This document shows, one piece after another, positions 1 to 15,504 of a stretch of 64,000 nucleotides of DNA; the first letter of the stretch is position 1, and each line of letters opens with the position of its first letter. The stretch is from Camelus dromedarius. Lineage: Eukaryota. The translations under genes and the position numbers were made by a program. Where the stretch lies: NCBI RefSeq assembly GCF_036321535.1, contig NC_087436.1:34350001-34414000 (forward strand), read 5' to 3'. The notes beneath the pieces were generated by a model, which saw only the letters and a program-made list of their open reading frames with translations, was not told the origin of the DNA and ran no database searches.

Positions 1-3000
1 ACTATTATGATATTCCCCCAGTGTTGGAATCTAATTCAGAAACCATTCTAAGAATACTGTTTTGAATAGTTCCTTTAGGATGCCATGTGACCCGGGACCC
101 TAATCAAGTTAAAAACTAAACTTTAAATTCATCTTCCCTCTGACTCAATTGTTCTAATAAGTTATTTTCATTAAACTCTGCAAGGCTTGTTCACTATTCT
201 CCTGCCTACCATCTTTATCTCCATTTTCCTGTTGGATTTGAGACTTGACACTAATTTCTCAGCTATAGCCTTTGACCCTTCAGACTGTGGTTTCCTTTCT
301 CTCCCTGAACTGGTTTCTTAGGACTAAGAACGGTGAACTCCACCACTGTTTAAATTGGCCTGAGACTCTCTTTCCTTATTTGGCTTTCCCTATTACTACA
401 CATTGGGTAGGAAAAAGGAGTGAGAATTTGCTCAGTATTCCATTAGCAAAGAAAGAATCACAATTAATTTATGGGTAACCACAATGAAAAGAATCTATGT
501 GTAGAATTTTGAAAGTTGATTCTATCCACATGTAATCCCAAAGTATCCTGGTTATTCCTCTCTACATTTGAGTCAAAAAGTGTATCCAAGAGCAAATAAA
601 ATACATGTTGAAGATTACAAACAAAAATGTTCATTCACTAAGAATTCCTGGTAAATTAAAATTTTCCACTAATTTTAACACCAGCTGATTAGATTAAATG
701 ATCACTTATTTGCTTATTTAATAACTGTGAAAATATGGTGCAAAAATCTTTTAAAACCACTTTAGTTATAGTGATATATAGGATTTTTCTGAAATATTAT
801 AAGATGCATTATAATTTCCCACCTTTGTCTGAAACATAGGCATTATTTCTTTTTAAATAGCATATTTTCAGTATTTACTTTTTCACCTTATAAATTACAC
901 TTTGGACAGATTAGTTGAATAACAGCATAGATATCTATCTGCCTATTACTAAAAATGAATTCAGTCTGAAGGAAGGATGATTAATTATATAACATTTCGG
1001 AGACCTTTGGATCAATTCAATAATGATGGTTCTGTAAATTCTCAAACACCACAGTTCAACCAAAACAAATTTTACTTAGTCTTCATTGGGAAACTTTCAG
1101 TTATTAAATATTTTGCAATAAAGAATAAATGTAATAAATACACATTTATAAATAAAGATGTATATGGGTAACTCATATTACAGAAACAACAGACCTCCTT
1201 TATAACACAATGCCATCACTGAGACTTTTTATTTAATGATATATATAATTTGACCCATGGACCTTCCAAATCTATGTAACCATAGGCTGTGCTACAGCGC
1301 TGTTTTATTCCAAAGACACACATTTCTGTTTTTAAAGATAATATCAAGTCCTAAACTAACAGATTGATAAAGAGAGTAAACATATTATAAAAAGCTTCCT
1401 TTGAAACATATTTATCTCACTTCTGGGCCAATTCCAATGGGGCAAAACACAATTTTAAACTAAAAAGAAAACAATGAAAATTTTAATCTATATCATATTC
1501 TCAAACAATATAAGTGGACAAGTCAATAGTGGACAGATGTTGAGATGGTGCCGAACAGGCAATGAATAGTTCCTTTGTTTATGATGAAGTAACGTTTTGG
1601 TGAAACTTCTGTAGACTATCATCACTAAATGCTGGCTGCTTTTCATTTTCAAATTATTGTAAAATGGCTTGAATAAAGAAGTCGTTCTAACTGAATGCCA
1701 AACTTTCTATAGAACTGAACATTTCTTGAAAAATGAGATCTGGTTTGGGTCATTTAAAACCTGCATTAGTCATTAAGAACGCACCTTTCATGTCCTTCTA
1801 AATTTTGTACCCCTCTAAAATTTCAGAAGGATTGGAAACATCTTCAAATTCGAGTGGGATCATATTTTATCATTACCATATAGAAGATGGCTAGTTATGA
1901 ATTAAAAACATATCGATCGAAGGTCCATTGTGTGCAAAGCACACTAATGAGGACGGCAATACAGAGGTAAATCATTTTTCTAACACCGCTGTTGCATCTA
2001 ATAGAACTTAATACAGTCTTATGAACTATAGAGTTGATGCTAGCTTTTTTTCCCTTCAGTGTCAAAGTTGCAGTGTATTGGAGAAGTATGAGAAAGTCCC
2101 CGTTTCATTTCATAGGAGGACAGCTTATATGTGTTGAACACTCAAAGAAGACTGGCGGCGCTCACAGAGGAAAGCACTCCTATCATTAGTTACCCGTTTC
2201 GGGAAGCAATCTTAAAAACCACTCTTCTGAAATCAGGGATCCTCAAATCCCACTTTAAAAAATATCCCTACTGTAACAAATGGAGTACTTTAAAATACTG
2301 ACAGATAGGCATAAAAAGCAACCACAGAAAAAAAGTACTCTTTATTTAAGAGGAACCGTCAAGCATAGGAGATGTATTTCCCAAATCTGTTGGCAACCTG
2401 CATGCTGGTACATTTTCAAACAAAACACTTAGTGATTACCTATTCTGTTCAAACTTTTTTTTGGTCATGAAAAATGAATTGTTACATTTTTAAAAATGCT
2501 AGGTGGAAGAAAACATTTGAAACAGTTCAATTTGGAGCTACTCTGCTTGAAATAATGGAGAGAAATACTGGTGACAAAGTTTTGCCCAGCCCTTAAAGCT
2601 TCTTCAGCTCTTAGTTTGGAAATCACTGCATTCAGTGATCAAAAATGCTTCCAGAATATTTTAATTTCCCTTCATATAATTACTTAGAATTTTACTATAT
2701 TTAAGCACAGTACTTCAATGTATATCATAATAACTATTTTAAACCATGAAAATTAAAAGTAACAACTTTTTGTGACAACTATATTCCTTTATTAAAAAGT
2801 TTTGTTAGAGAAAATAAGTTATACTATAATAAAGTTAAAAGTTTAATATATCTACTGTTTGTTGTAATTTCAATACAAAATATTTGAATAGGTAGGATCT
2901 ATCTTTCTGAAATGATTTGAATTGTTGCACCAAACCCTGTGTCTAAAGAGAGGTAGCTTTCAAAAACAAGTTTATTCTGAGTTGAGAAGAGTCTAGAATT

Positions 3001-6000
3001 CTATAGGGAGTGAGGGAATTCAGAATAATTCTGAAGAGTTCATCTTTCTCAGAATGACGAATATCTCATGGTAGGAAGAACTGTGAATACAGAAATTTAG
3101 TCATCAGTCATGAACAAAAGGAAATGTGAACAAATATTTCTGATGTTCACTGACCAAGTCTGAAAAATCATTGACAGAATTCTGCCCTGTCATTCATTAT
3201 GTACTTCTTAATTTTGCATGCAGTTCAGTTCTATATATTAGCACAATCAAGTTACCACCTGAGACAGTTAAAAAGCTGTGGCACAAACAAGAGCTCTTGC
3301 ACGTACCATGAAATTGAAGTTATTCTGCTAAAAAGTAAAATGTGAAGATTCACAGTATTTCAGACTGGCTGACACAAATAATATGACTAGAAAAAGTTTC
3401 TTAATAAGACAGCAGGGGATAACAAAGGAACATGTATCATATTACTCGTGGTTTCTTGAAAATGTGAAATTATTTTGCTCATTTATTTATGATTAATACT
3501 GCTGAAACTAAAAGTTGCAAAACTAAATGCAAAAAAAGCACATTGACCAAAATCAACAGCAAAACGAAAGTTATGAAGCACTTTAAAGTAGCTACTGTAT
3601 CAACAACAGTCCTTGCGTTTCATCTGCACACTTTAATTCCAAATGGGTGGCACCAAGCTTAGGTTCATAAATATTTTAATCTTGAAATTAAACATTCATG
3701 TTTCACTGCCTTTGAACTTTAAGTTCATGAGACAAAAATGAGGTAAAACAGAATTTAAAAAGCAAGGTGTTTTCCGATCTGAGCAATCAACCACGTCATG
3801 TGACCATATGCAAATCCACTCAGTGCTGGCTGTGGTTGGCTGCCAAGAGATGCAAGGCCTGGAGTCAGGAATCTTCTACTGAGCAACCTCAGTCCCAATC
3901 CGCATGCCTCTAATTCAATAACACTAATACGAATACTAACAATCATTTAGGATCTTTTCATTTCAAATTATCAGCCCAGGAAACATGATGAACCACCCTA
4001 CCTTATGGGTCAGGCATTCTTCTTCTAGTTTAATGGATGGCCTGGCTGAGAAGGATGCTTAGTGTCTGTCCCTAGTAACATTATACGGCTTACTGCAGCG
4101 CATGAGAGAGAAGTTTCAAGGAAATCAGCAGGAGCTCTGTAAACTTATTCTGTTTTCCTATGGATGACAGCCAGTACCCATTTCTCCAAACTCGTAAGGA
4201 TCCAAGCCTTCCTGGAGGCCAGCTCTGGGGACAAAGGTGCTTCTCCAAAGCTGTTACAGATAGGGACATTCAGACTGAATGAGAAACAGTAAACAAAAGC
4301 AAAAACTACCAACTCGAAACACTGGCTATACAACACATACTTCCTTCCTAGTCTTTCACTGCATACAAAGGCCAAACTGGATTCTTTCTGTTGTACACAA
4401 GAAACTAAGTCATTGAACTGATTTTTTTTTTCTTTTAGAGCAGCTTAATTAAGGAACAGAATTTTGGAAGATCATCTGAATAAAGTAGGATGAAGTTTTG
4501 ATTTTTTGTACTTGGAAAATAAAGATAAAATTACTGAGAATATAGGGCCAATCCAAAATCTATAGTTTTCTCGTTTTTTTTTGTTTTTTTAATTTGTATG
4601 ACCCAAGTAAAGAAAAAGCTTCAAACATTTCATCTTGTTGAAGAGAGAGAAAGGAAACACTGAGTGTGACCAAAGATAGGCATAACCAAGTTACTTCGGC
4701 ATTCAGCTGGCTCTAAAGTGTATGAATTGCAGGAATCAAAATTTACAATTCGTGTTCCTTCAAGAAGCTGTCCTATCTATGAGAAATCATAATATACATT
4801 AGTCAATTATTATGTGAAATGTGCATTTTTATGAAGTACTAAATAACCAGAAATTTACTGAATCCAAATTTAATTGAAATTAATGGATTCACACATAAAA
4901 CCTGACCACAGTTACAGAATACATTTAATGTAGTCAGTAATTGTAAATTTAATATGAATGTCTGAAATTTTACACTGAGTTTAGGGCCTTGCAAAAGCAC
5001 TCTGAATTGAATTAAGCCATATTGTAATCAGTTTGTATTGCCCTTCACCTTTGTAAAAATTAATGAGTCATTTATTTCTGAAATGAAGCTTTGTGCATCT
5101 TCATACAATGAGAACCTAGGTTATGTACATACAAATGTCAAATAAAATGACAATATTCTAACTGAATTCATTTATTCCAAAATGCACCGCTGATATACTT
5201 GAAAGTTTAAAAGCGGGCATATATATTAAATCAAGCCATGGCATACATTACATATGTAATTCTATTTGTGTCATTTGCCTGCTTAAGTCCCCATAAATCT
5301 CTCTAGGTATGAAGTTAATGTAGAATACAAGATCCAGTGCCCTAGATCCAATATTTCATCTCTGGCTCTGGAAGCACAGGGCCATTTGTGGAAGAGTGTG
5401 AAAGCCATTCATAAATTGATTTAAACCTCTTTTCATCTTATACTTTCAACCCATTTCATCTCATGATATTGGCATAATTCAGTCCACAACATGTGTTAAT
5501 ATATTATATTATATAATAGAATACTGTACGTTATATTACTTTTTGTAAACACGTCTCCTTCAAGCTACATGTGTTAGCCATTATCTCTAATATACTGGGA
5601 AATTCTAAACAAATGCCAGTTTCAGCAATACTTTACATCATTTCATAAACTTCGACAAAAATGCCTTTTATTTTTTCCCTTAGACTTAAAAGCCCTAAAT
5701 TTTATATTTTCATTTACTTTTCTAAAGCCTTCTGGATAATTTGTGTCACTTTTTCAGTATCATTGTATCTTTCTCAATTACAGCAACCAAAACTATATGC
5801 AATATTCCTAATGAGCAAATTCATCATGACTTATACAATGATTTATGTAGTTTCTAATCTTCTTCCTGAATTTCACTGGAATTTTAGAAAACAACTACTA
5901 TTTTCAGAGAATTATCAACATAGAACTCTCAGATTCTTTTATATTCTTTAACTTCATAAAATATAAATGCAGTTTTCTCTTGGATGTGATCATTTTAAAA

Positions 6001-9000
6001 TAAAATATCCTCAGTTTTCAAATAAATTTAGCACACTTTTAGAGGAAAAAAAAAGCCTTGTTTCCATCACAAGTAAAACACAGCATTATCAAGGTCTTTT
6101 TTGGCTGAGATTATCCATGCAGACAGCATTATATGGTTCCAAGGTGGAATTTTTACTTAGATCATCTATACATATTCTCCAGGATTATTACTTTACGTGC
6201 CCACACAATAACAATACAGCCCCTAAAGTGTGCAATCTAGGTTGAGAATACAGTTTTCACACTAATTACTTTTCTCCCACTGTAATCCTGTGCTGTTTAT
6301 TCCCTTCTTCAATAAACCATTACTGATTGCCCTCTAGCTGCCAGGCATTGCACTCAGTGCAGGGGATACAGTACTGAGGATAAATGAGGACAGAAAGGGT
6401 CCCCCACCTTCCTGAAGCATGTACCCTAGATACTGCAGATGTGCAAATGTTACTGAACTGGCTTTTCTGATCTTTCTTCCTTTAACTTTGTTGTATCATT
6501 TTTTAATGGGTTGGTCTTTCCATCTATATGTCTATATCTCTACATATAAAACAGCTCCTATGACTGAAATATATTTAGTAAGAGAATATATGTTGTATAT
6601 TATGTATGTGTAGGACCTAAACTATATATTACATTAAGTTGGCAATATATATCTATGGTTGATGTTCACTAATTAAAGTTATAGGAACCAAATTAAAGCG
6701 TTTCTTATCAGTTATTCTCACAAGATACCAGTTCAAAGAACACCCTTGTTCTTTGATCAGTTTTCAGAAGACAGCTCCATCATAAATAAATATTCATTTT
6801 CATCATTGCACAGGATTCTTTCTTATTCATTAAAAATGCAACATATCGCTATATTCACTGTTAGCGACTACTTTCTCGATTACCTTGTCATAATTTATTG
6901 ATGTTTTCACTTGCTAAGCACAAACATTAAGCCCCTCATGAATACGTGATATTGTTGGGATTAGATCCCAACTACATAATAACATTTCTGTTGCATTTCC
7001 ATAAAATTAATTCATAGGAAATATCCATATTAAGTAAGTTAATATAAAAGAAAAAAAAGTCTTTTAAGATTCACTAAGGCAATAAATGTCGAGCCATATT
7101 TCCTAGACAACTGAATATAGAATACAAATATTCACATTCATTAATACCAAGATTTAGAAATCCCACTCCCAAAAAATGCAAGGCTACGAATTCATTTGGT
7201 TTGGAAAAGTGAACCTCTTAGAGTTGGTATTTTTATATATTCCTTGACTAACACTGGACCTACCTCTCAGGCTTCTGCTTTTTTACGGCATCCGCAATTA
7301 ATCATGTTCACCTTATTCCCTTCAAAGAGTGTAAGTGAGAGTCACTGAAATATAACTGAAATATTTTTCTCCACACAGTATAGACCTTATTTAGAGACAA
7401 GGGCAACACTTCCGCGAAGCACTACAGAGGGAAAGCAGCTCAGGACACAAGGACTACTGTTCCTATTCACAGCTTTGTTTTAAATCTTCCCTTGTTTTTC
7501 CTCAACAAACCATGGCACAATGCTTGCTGCCTGGTTCCCCTCCCAAACTGCAGCTGTCAATACCAGGTTGTTCGGCCCCTGAATATGCGAGCAGGCAAGA
7601 ATCAGTCTTCCCATGAAAATCAAGTCAATGACCGGCCTCCTTGGCTTCTTGTGAACCGAAAGACAACCATAATTTTTCATCCTTTCCATTCTCACGTGTT
7701 GTAAATGTTCATTCAAGTCCACAATCCAATACAAAACGCATTAATTCCTCCAAAGTGAGTTCACCGTGCATGATTTAATTATATCCAATTGGACATACTT
7801 TTTCGAAAAAAAAATTCAAAGCTCAGTCTCTAAGAAATTTTTCATTCAATAGTTTTGCATTATCCTTATTATCTGGTCATGTGGGAAAAAATAAGGTTTT
7901 GTCCTAGTGGTTTGTCAAAAAAAAAAAAGATATAGCTATAAAAGTTTTATCCACCAATTTTTTATCCTCAAAGACTCAAGTTTAGTCAAGTGACAACTTC
8001 TCTATTTCCCACCACGTACTGTACCCCAACTCGAAAAACAAAAAAGAAGGAAAACACTGCAACCACTTTTATTTTAATCCCTTACATCTTGCAGTCAGCG
8101 CTGAAGTCAGATATACAAAATTACACACAGTTTTCCAAGATTTGCATTTAAAAGATTGTATACAAGCTTCAATACAGGTTGCTTTTCCGTGACCATAGAA
8201 ACATCAGAAAAGTTGGAAAATTCAGTCCACTGAACTTCAAATGACTTTATTAAAGTGTCACTAATCAGAGTTAAAAGACAGAAGGTTTTAGTGTTTGGCC
8301 TAACAAAGTGAATAACTCTCAAAGTCTAATGACCTACTAAGAGTATTTCTTAAAATTAAAAAAAAAGAGAGAGAGAGGTCTGGTTGAAAGCAAATTAAAT
8401 AAGAGAAAACCTTCATTGCCTTCTTCAAAAGATTGACTTCATACAGATAACGACAGCTCAGCTGAACTGTGACACTGAGGACAGTGCTCTTTGGCTGGGC
8501 AGCTGGGAAAATCTGCCTGGTTAACTTTTAAAGCACTGTATGTATAGATGTACTTAAAATATAGCTGTCAGTAAAACTTCACTTTGAGGATAAATCTGTA
8601 ACTCCATTTATAGCTATTAACATAAGTTATGTAAACTACAATCCTTTGAAACTCTAAGTGCATTCAAATTTAATTATAAACACCAAAGAAATTCCAACAT
8701 GCAAATACAAATCAAAATCCATTAATACACGCTAGAAAAATATTTTGGAGTGCTACCGAAAGTCTACACCTTAGCTGTAGGCTTGAGAGACAAGAATTTT
8801 TTAAAAGCTGTGTTTTCTCCTATTAATAGGAAAGTGAAGGAAAAAATAACACATAGTTGATATATAATTTTTCTTTTTCCTGGCATCAAAGATCATCTTT
8901 ACTATTAGTTATATTTTAATGGTAAAATACCAGAAAAAATTAAAGAAAAATAATTTACTAAAAGGAAAACAATGCATATCATTATTACCACTTTTCCTTT

Positions 9001-12000
9001 TTTTCACCAGTAGTCAAAGGTCTTAGACATTTCTCTTTGGCCTTAGGCAGAAGGCTATCAGGAAAGAAACCAGAAGTGCACCATCTCATGTCAAACAGAG
9101 TCCTCAGGTCAAAAGCACAGAAGCAGCACCTTCACTGCCCAGTATTTTTCTTTCACAGAGATTTTTTTCAGTGTCCTGCCCCAATGTAAAAATACATGAA
9201 GTGATTAAGCAGGACAGTGACCTGCTCTGTTCCCTCCAGAAGGCACCTGGACATTCATCCAGTTTACCAATTTCACAAACACTTGTTGATCACTTTAATG
9301 TGTAAAAGAAAATGTCAGCTACCGTACAACTTTAAATAAAGGAGAATCTTTTTCCCCCATTAGCAATTTTCTCTATTACCAAATTACAAATGTACCCGCC
9401 AAAGGTAAAAGGGAAATAATCTGAAAGTAACAGCTACCACAGTCTCAAGAAAATGAAACCCAGTGATTCATAACAATTCACTTCAGGGAATTCATTCTCT
9501 CAGCATTTATTGATCACGACCATGTGCTAGGCACCACTATAGATGGAGACCTAGGGATGGGTGAGAAGTGATCCAGGCACAAAGATGTCATAATCCGGTG
9601 GTGAGGTGGTTGGAAAGGCAAGTAACTGTAATTCAATATGGTCAGCATGACATGTGTAGTGTGAATAAAATGTTAAGGAATTTAGGAGAAGGGAATAATT
9701 CATTCTACTCAGAAGGCAACTGAGGATTTCTTTTCACAAGGGTATTTTTGACCTAAACAGTGAGTGGTGAGAAGGAATCTTCCATATAGAAAGGTAAGTG
9801 ACATCCATCAGCTAGAGCATAGAAAGAAGCAACAGTAGCAGTTAGGTATTTCCAAACTGGGCACTGGTGTTTGGGGTATGATTTTGAATTTTGGGGAATG
9901 AAAACTTTGGTTCTGATGGAGTATTTCCATATGAGTAAACTCATAGAGGGGAGGGGTAGTTGAGGGGAATAGACTGGCTTTAAATATATCAGAAAGGGTA
10001 TGTTTAACAACAATATAATTGCATTGATTATAGGTTAATGAATATAGGTTTGCAATCTGAATCCATCTTATAAGAAATAAAGTTAAAACAAGTCATTTAA
10101 ATATATTGTAATCAAGGTAACATCCCACCTAGCAGTATTGCCAATAATGACAAATACAATATAGGAGATGGTCTAATATAGGAGACCATCTGCTATATTA
10201 TACAGGAAAAGTAAATTAAATCGGTACCAGGGCTCCTACTCTTACTATGCTTGTTCAATTACAACAAAAGTGAAATAATTTACCTAATAAACTTGCTTCT
10301 GAATCTTTCAAGGTAATTGGGAAATTGACCACAGGAAGGGGGAATTGAGGGTAAAATATACTAAAATGATATATTTATAAAACAAATAATCTTATTAAAA
10401 ATCCACACGTAATATGTTTTGGATACGTTTTGGCAAAATTTACAGAACTGCTCAATGCTCATTAGGAACTTTCTGCACTATAGTAATTGAGCTTTGAGAA
10501 GTCCTTACAAATTAAAAAAATGTCAATTGCTTAACATAACAAGAAAATATCTGGGTCCTAATGCACTCCTGCTGCTCACTTTCCCGGACTGACATCACAA
10601 ACCAAATCTGCATTAATACATGGTCTTGTGATCAGCTCAATTACTATTCTGGGTCCTCTTTGTACACAGTCCTGGGTTGAATTTACATTTAGAAGATGCC
10701 TAATGTTCCCTCCCTGCCCATCTAACGTTTAGCAAACCCCAGAAGTCCAAGTTGAAGCTTCTCTTCGGAAGCCCTTTCAAATTAACCTACTTAATTATGT
10801 GGTTAACTCATTTATTTTGTCTACTTTCACACAATTTTTGCCACATTTCTTTTTTCTGTAGTGTGGTTTCTCAAAATTTCTTCCAGAGTGGGACCAACAT
10901 TTATTTTTAATTTACTTTCTTAAGCAGTGAAGTTCTTCACATATTAGTCAGCACAAACTCAGACTTTTAAAAATATGTTCAAAACTCTGAGCTAAATAAA
11001 ATTATTAAGAACTGCTATTAAAACAATATCAAGAAATAAAATTAAAGTTTCATCATTTGTTTTTAACCAACTGGAATTATAAATGAGACGAAAATTCTTG
11101 ACTGATTTAGGGGCCAGAATAGAACAGAAAGTGGGTGGTAGCACATACTGGAGGTAAAGCAGAGGGGGTCCTCAGTCCTGGCAGCTGGAAAGTAACCAGG
11201 CCCACAAAGTGAAGGTACTTAATTCACCATTGTTTTTAAAGCAGTGGAGATAGTTCAACATAACTGAGGTAAAACACTGACTTGTTTCTGAAAATGTCTG
11301 CACTGACAAAGGAGAGTAAGCTCTCAGTATGCAAAAGGGTAGAAGCAGAGAATCTAAAGACGTACGTCACTTACACAGAAAAATATGGAGGCCTGATGAT
11401 AAAAACCACGCGTTTCTTTATGAAGAACTCACTGGATAGGATTTAAAACTGCAAAATGATGGATTACTTAAAGCTTGTGTAGCTCGTACTTAAATTGTGT
11501 TAAAATCGGGCAGAACTTTTGCTACCTAGTAAATAAAACATTCATACAACTAATATTGGTCTGTATAGTTAATTACAACCCATTGTGTAGTATCCAAACC
11601 ATATAGCATTGATGTATTTACTTCAGAATACTTATTCAAAAGAATTGCACACAGACGAATCTCTGTTTAAAAACCCTGATTTAATATAATAAGACATAAA
11701 AACAGCAGGAAAATGAATAAAAAAAGCTTTATACAGTGGCTTTTAGATCTTATTTTAATATTTGTAACTGTGGAATAATAAAAAATTTTGTTTCTCTCTT
11801 CAACCAGTTGTTCTTACCATAAAGAATAAAATTATATATATATGATGGCATCTACAAAAATTTTAAGTGCTAGCCATGATCATATTAGTGTGACAATTAC
11901 ACTATTTATTTTAGGATTTTTTAAATATTTAAAAGTATATTTATACTAAAAAAGAATATGAGAGAAAAAAATGTAAAAAAAAAAGTTATCTTTCTAATTC

Positions 12001-12081
12001 AGGAGCCTAAACAAAAATAAAATACAACGTCAGAGATATAATTTTTTTGGTTTAAAATGTAAGCTATTAACAAAGAACTCA

Positions 12082-12207
12082 GGGAAGGGTGCAGCTCAAG
12101 TGGTAGAGCACATGCATAGCATGCATGAGGCCCTGGGTTCAATCCTCAGAACCTCCTTAAAAATAAATAGATAAATAAACTCAACTACCCACCCCCCCGC
12201 AAAAAAT
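12082..12207 (+). mobile_element. tRNA-Ala-derived SINE (camelid Vic-1-like)
   Basis: GGGAAGGGTGCAGCTCAAGTGGTAGAGC (A box) ... GGTTCAATCC (B box), A-rich tail; TSD AAAGAACTCA at 12072-12081 and 12208-12217. Confidence 0.9.
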
Positions 12208-12236
12208 AAAGAACTCACCACATTTCTTAAATTAAT

Positions 12237-12238
<2 letters not shown>

Positions 12239-12271
<33 letters not shown>
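12239..12271. repeat. (AT)16 microsatellite
   Basis: Read directly. Confidence 0.97.
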
Positions 12272-12275
<4 letters not shown>

Positions 12276-14984
12276 CCTGTGAACGTGCACGTACTGGGGA
12301 CAGAGAGAGAATAAGAGAGAGTTATGAAACCAATCTTGGACCCTACCCTTGTTACTTGTAGGAACAGCCTAAGTAAATTTCTTAAGAAAAGAAGTATTTT
12401 GCAAGTATAATGAAATGACACACAATACAGACCAAAATGTATTGTCTAATACAGGAAGCAGAAAACCAAAATAGATAGTATGACCATCACTCAGTCATAA
12501 TAATAACCTAATGGACACAATGAAACAGTAGCCTGAAACATAAAAGGAGACTTAAAATGTAAAACTCCACAAAAACCTAAATGTTTTCATATGAAGCAAA
12601 ATTAAGCTAACCCTTTCATACGTCCAACAAACAGTTATATGCTAAACAGTATTACTCTTCTGAAGACATATTCGCACCTCATGCTCTCAATGTTAAAAAG
12701 ATAATTTTAGTTTTTTTTAATTTAGATATATTTACATCAGAACCCAAATAACACTATCAAATTTAACAAAATATATCATGCAATAATTTAATAAGTTACC
12801 TAAAAATTATTATGATTGGAAACTTAATCTTAGAATGCACTTACTCTAGGTAAGAACTAATCAACTATAAAAGTATATTTAATTATTTATTTAAAAGAAT
12901 AATTGTATTTATTTATTTATCTGCCAAATCCATGTGTTTCTCATGCAAACATATACTCAAAGAAGTAACTCAGGAATTCTCATCTCACTTTGTTTTAAAA
13001 TGATAAACCAAGTAACTATAAAACCTCAATACAATTATAATTATTGGTAAACTTAATAGATGCCTTTCAAAGGATAAGCTACCTATTTAATAATTTTTGA
13101 CATCATAAGACAGGCTTTACACACAATTAACATGGCATTTTTTAACATGTAATTGTATTTTTCATTCAGAATATATGTGCCAGTCAGTGAAAAGGAGCTC
13201 CAATCAGCCAAGAAAGAACTAATTGATAAAATTCATTCACTTTCAAGTGGGTTTTCAGGATTTTGTTAGTGGTCCTAAATTTTTTTCCTGTTTTTCTTGG
13301 CTTAATTCTTTTGCCCAACCTTGAATATATGTAGTTATATGAAACGAATTTGTTTAACTATGGAGATTTGCATGTTAACTTGCATCTATACAAGAAGTAA
13401 CAAAAATCTATCTCTCTCGTGACCACTCCAAATAAACGTTCTACATTAACATAGGTCACTGAAGAAGTAACTCGGTTCTTATTTTAACTGTAAATAATAA
13501 ATGTATAATGTCAGTTATGTAATCTCAATAGAAATTTTAAATAATATTCAAAAATTAAAATACTAAGAACTATTACAATAAATACAATAGTAATTTCAAT
13601 TTCATAATATAAAAGCTATTTTAATCACTTGAACTATAATATTTAGAATTACTTGAGCTTAATAAAAGTTTTACTCTTAAAAATTCCTGTATATAAGTAA
13701 GCTAGTTCATATTGGTAAGTCCAGATCTGTTTGATTCTTAAAGTTTATCAGCACCAATCACCATGCTGAAATTTTAGAAATTTGTAGATCAAAAGTTAGA
13801 ATTATTTTATGGTACTCTTTAATATTTTGCAAAATTCACTCATATGTAATATTAAGATATTAATTCATTCAACCAACATTCAATAATGCCAAGCTCATTT
13901 TTAAAGTTAATTTACATTTTGTATCATTTGATGAATTGTCGAAACAAAATACTTTGCAATATTTCTGTCACCTTTGTGCATAGAACCTCAAAGATTTCCT
14001 TTTGCTTAACTGTTATGGATTCATTTTATATAAAGAAGGAATGAAAGAACATTTAGGAAATCATTAATCTTTTGTATATGAGGGAAAGCCACATATAGTT
14101 CCAATAAATTAATGTCTTTGGAAGACACAAAAGATTCCTGGTTTAATTCAAAATCCTTTATTTAAAATGCCAAATGTCTTTATTTTATGCAGAAGTGCTC
14201 CAGATGGCTAGGCACATGTTTCAATTAAGCTAAACTGCAATTTCTTTCAAGTGTTCTCCTACTCTTTTACATATAGATTGTTACATCTATAGTTACTGAT
14301 TGTATCTTGAGTGGGCAGGTAAAAATACTCTTATTTGTAAATGTAAATGCTTTTTGGATAAAGGAAAATATACACAAATTAAAAGACATTGTACAATATA
14401 TTGTCAGAACTTAAAAAAAGATAACTGAACAAATGAGGGAATCCTAAAATTTTGTCCAAGTTTTATTAATAACTGATCAATTTTCTCATAAATGGGTAAT
14501 ACTATACCTCATATTTCACTTCTCAGGTGACTTTAGGAATAAGAAACACTTTGGACCTCTAGGCTGAAAGTAATTCCACAGTTATAGAATCATCATATGA
14601 AAACTAAGAGGTCTTACTCAAATAAGCCAGTGGAGTTCATAATATATGATTTGTTATTAAGTGTGAGTCTCTAATATTAGCATAAATTATCATATCACTA
14701 CTGCCTCAGGCTACCTCATGTACTTTTAAAAACATCTCATACGTTTTGTTCAAAGCAAAAAAAATCCTTATTTTAGGCCCTTTTAAATATACTCTCCTCG
14801 GGAAGACTCACAAAGCCAGTCCCTTATACTTGGAACACTATATGCTTCTTTCAGATTGTTCTTTTTTCCTTTATTTCCCTGGGAAATATTGCCCTTTGTA
14901 AGATGAGTTAATCTTTGAAAGTTTGACTAATACCAACAAAAATCTATCATTCTCATCTTTCTAAACATATAGTAAATGTATAAA

Positions 14985-15145
14985 GATCAATATCTTGCAG
15001 TAACCTATAATGAAAAAGAATATTTGTATGTATATAGATGACTAAAACATTATGCTGTACGCCAGAAGTTGACACAACATTGTGAACTGAGTATACTTCA
15101 TTAAAAAAATAAGGAAATATATAAATAATAAACAAACAAATACAT
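14985..15145 (+). mobile_element. 5'-truncated L1 3' end (artiodactyl-type)
   Basis: ...ATTATGCTGTACGCCAGAAGTTGACACAACATTGTGAACTGAGTATACTTCATTAAAAAAA and an A-rich tail; a sister copy is at 53350-53468. Confidence 0.75.
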
Positions 15146-15504
15146 AAAAGCTATCTCGTTAAAAGTAATTTCTGAGAAGGCAGGGAGGGGATTCTGAAAG
15201 CTGGATAGCTATTTATAACACATTTACACCAGCTTCATTAATAAATAGGGCACGTACATTTTTCTTTATTCAATTTACATTTTAGTATTTCATTAGTTGA
15301 CACAGACACCTGTCACAGCTTGTCGACTAAAACCAAAGTATTCTAGTATTTTTGAAAAGATACCAAAGGAGAAAAGGTACCCACTGGGACTCCATGTGTT
15401 GATCTTACTACTATTACTACCACTACTACTACTTAGAGAACTTCCCAAATTTGCAAAAGTGTAAGTAATCTCTTATAAAAAACCTAACCAATTAAAGAAG
15501 AAAA

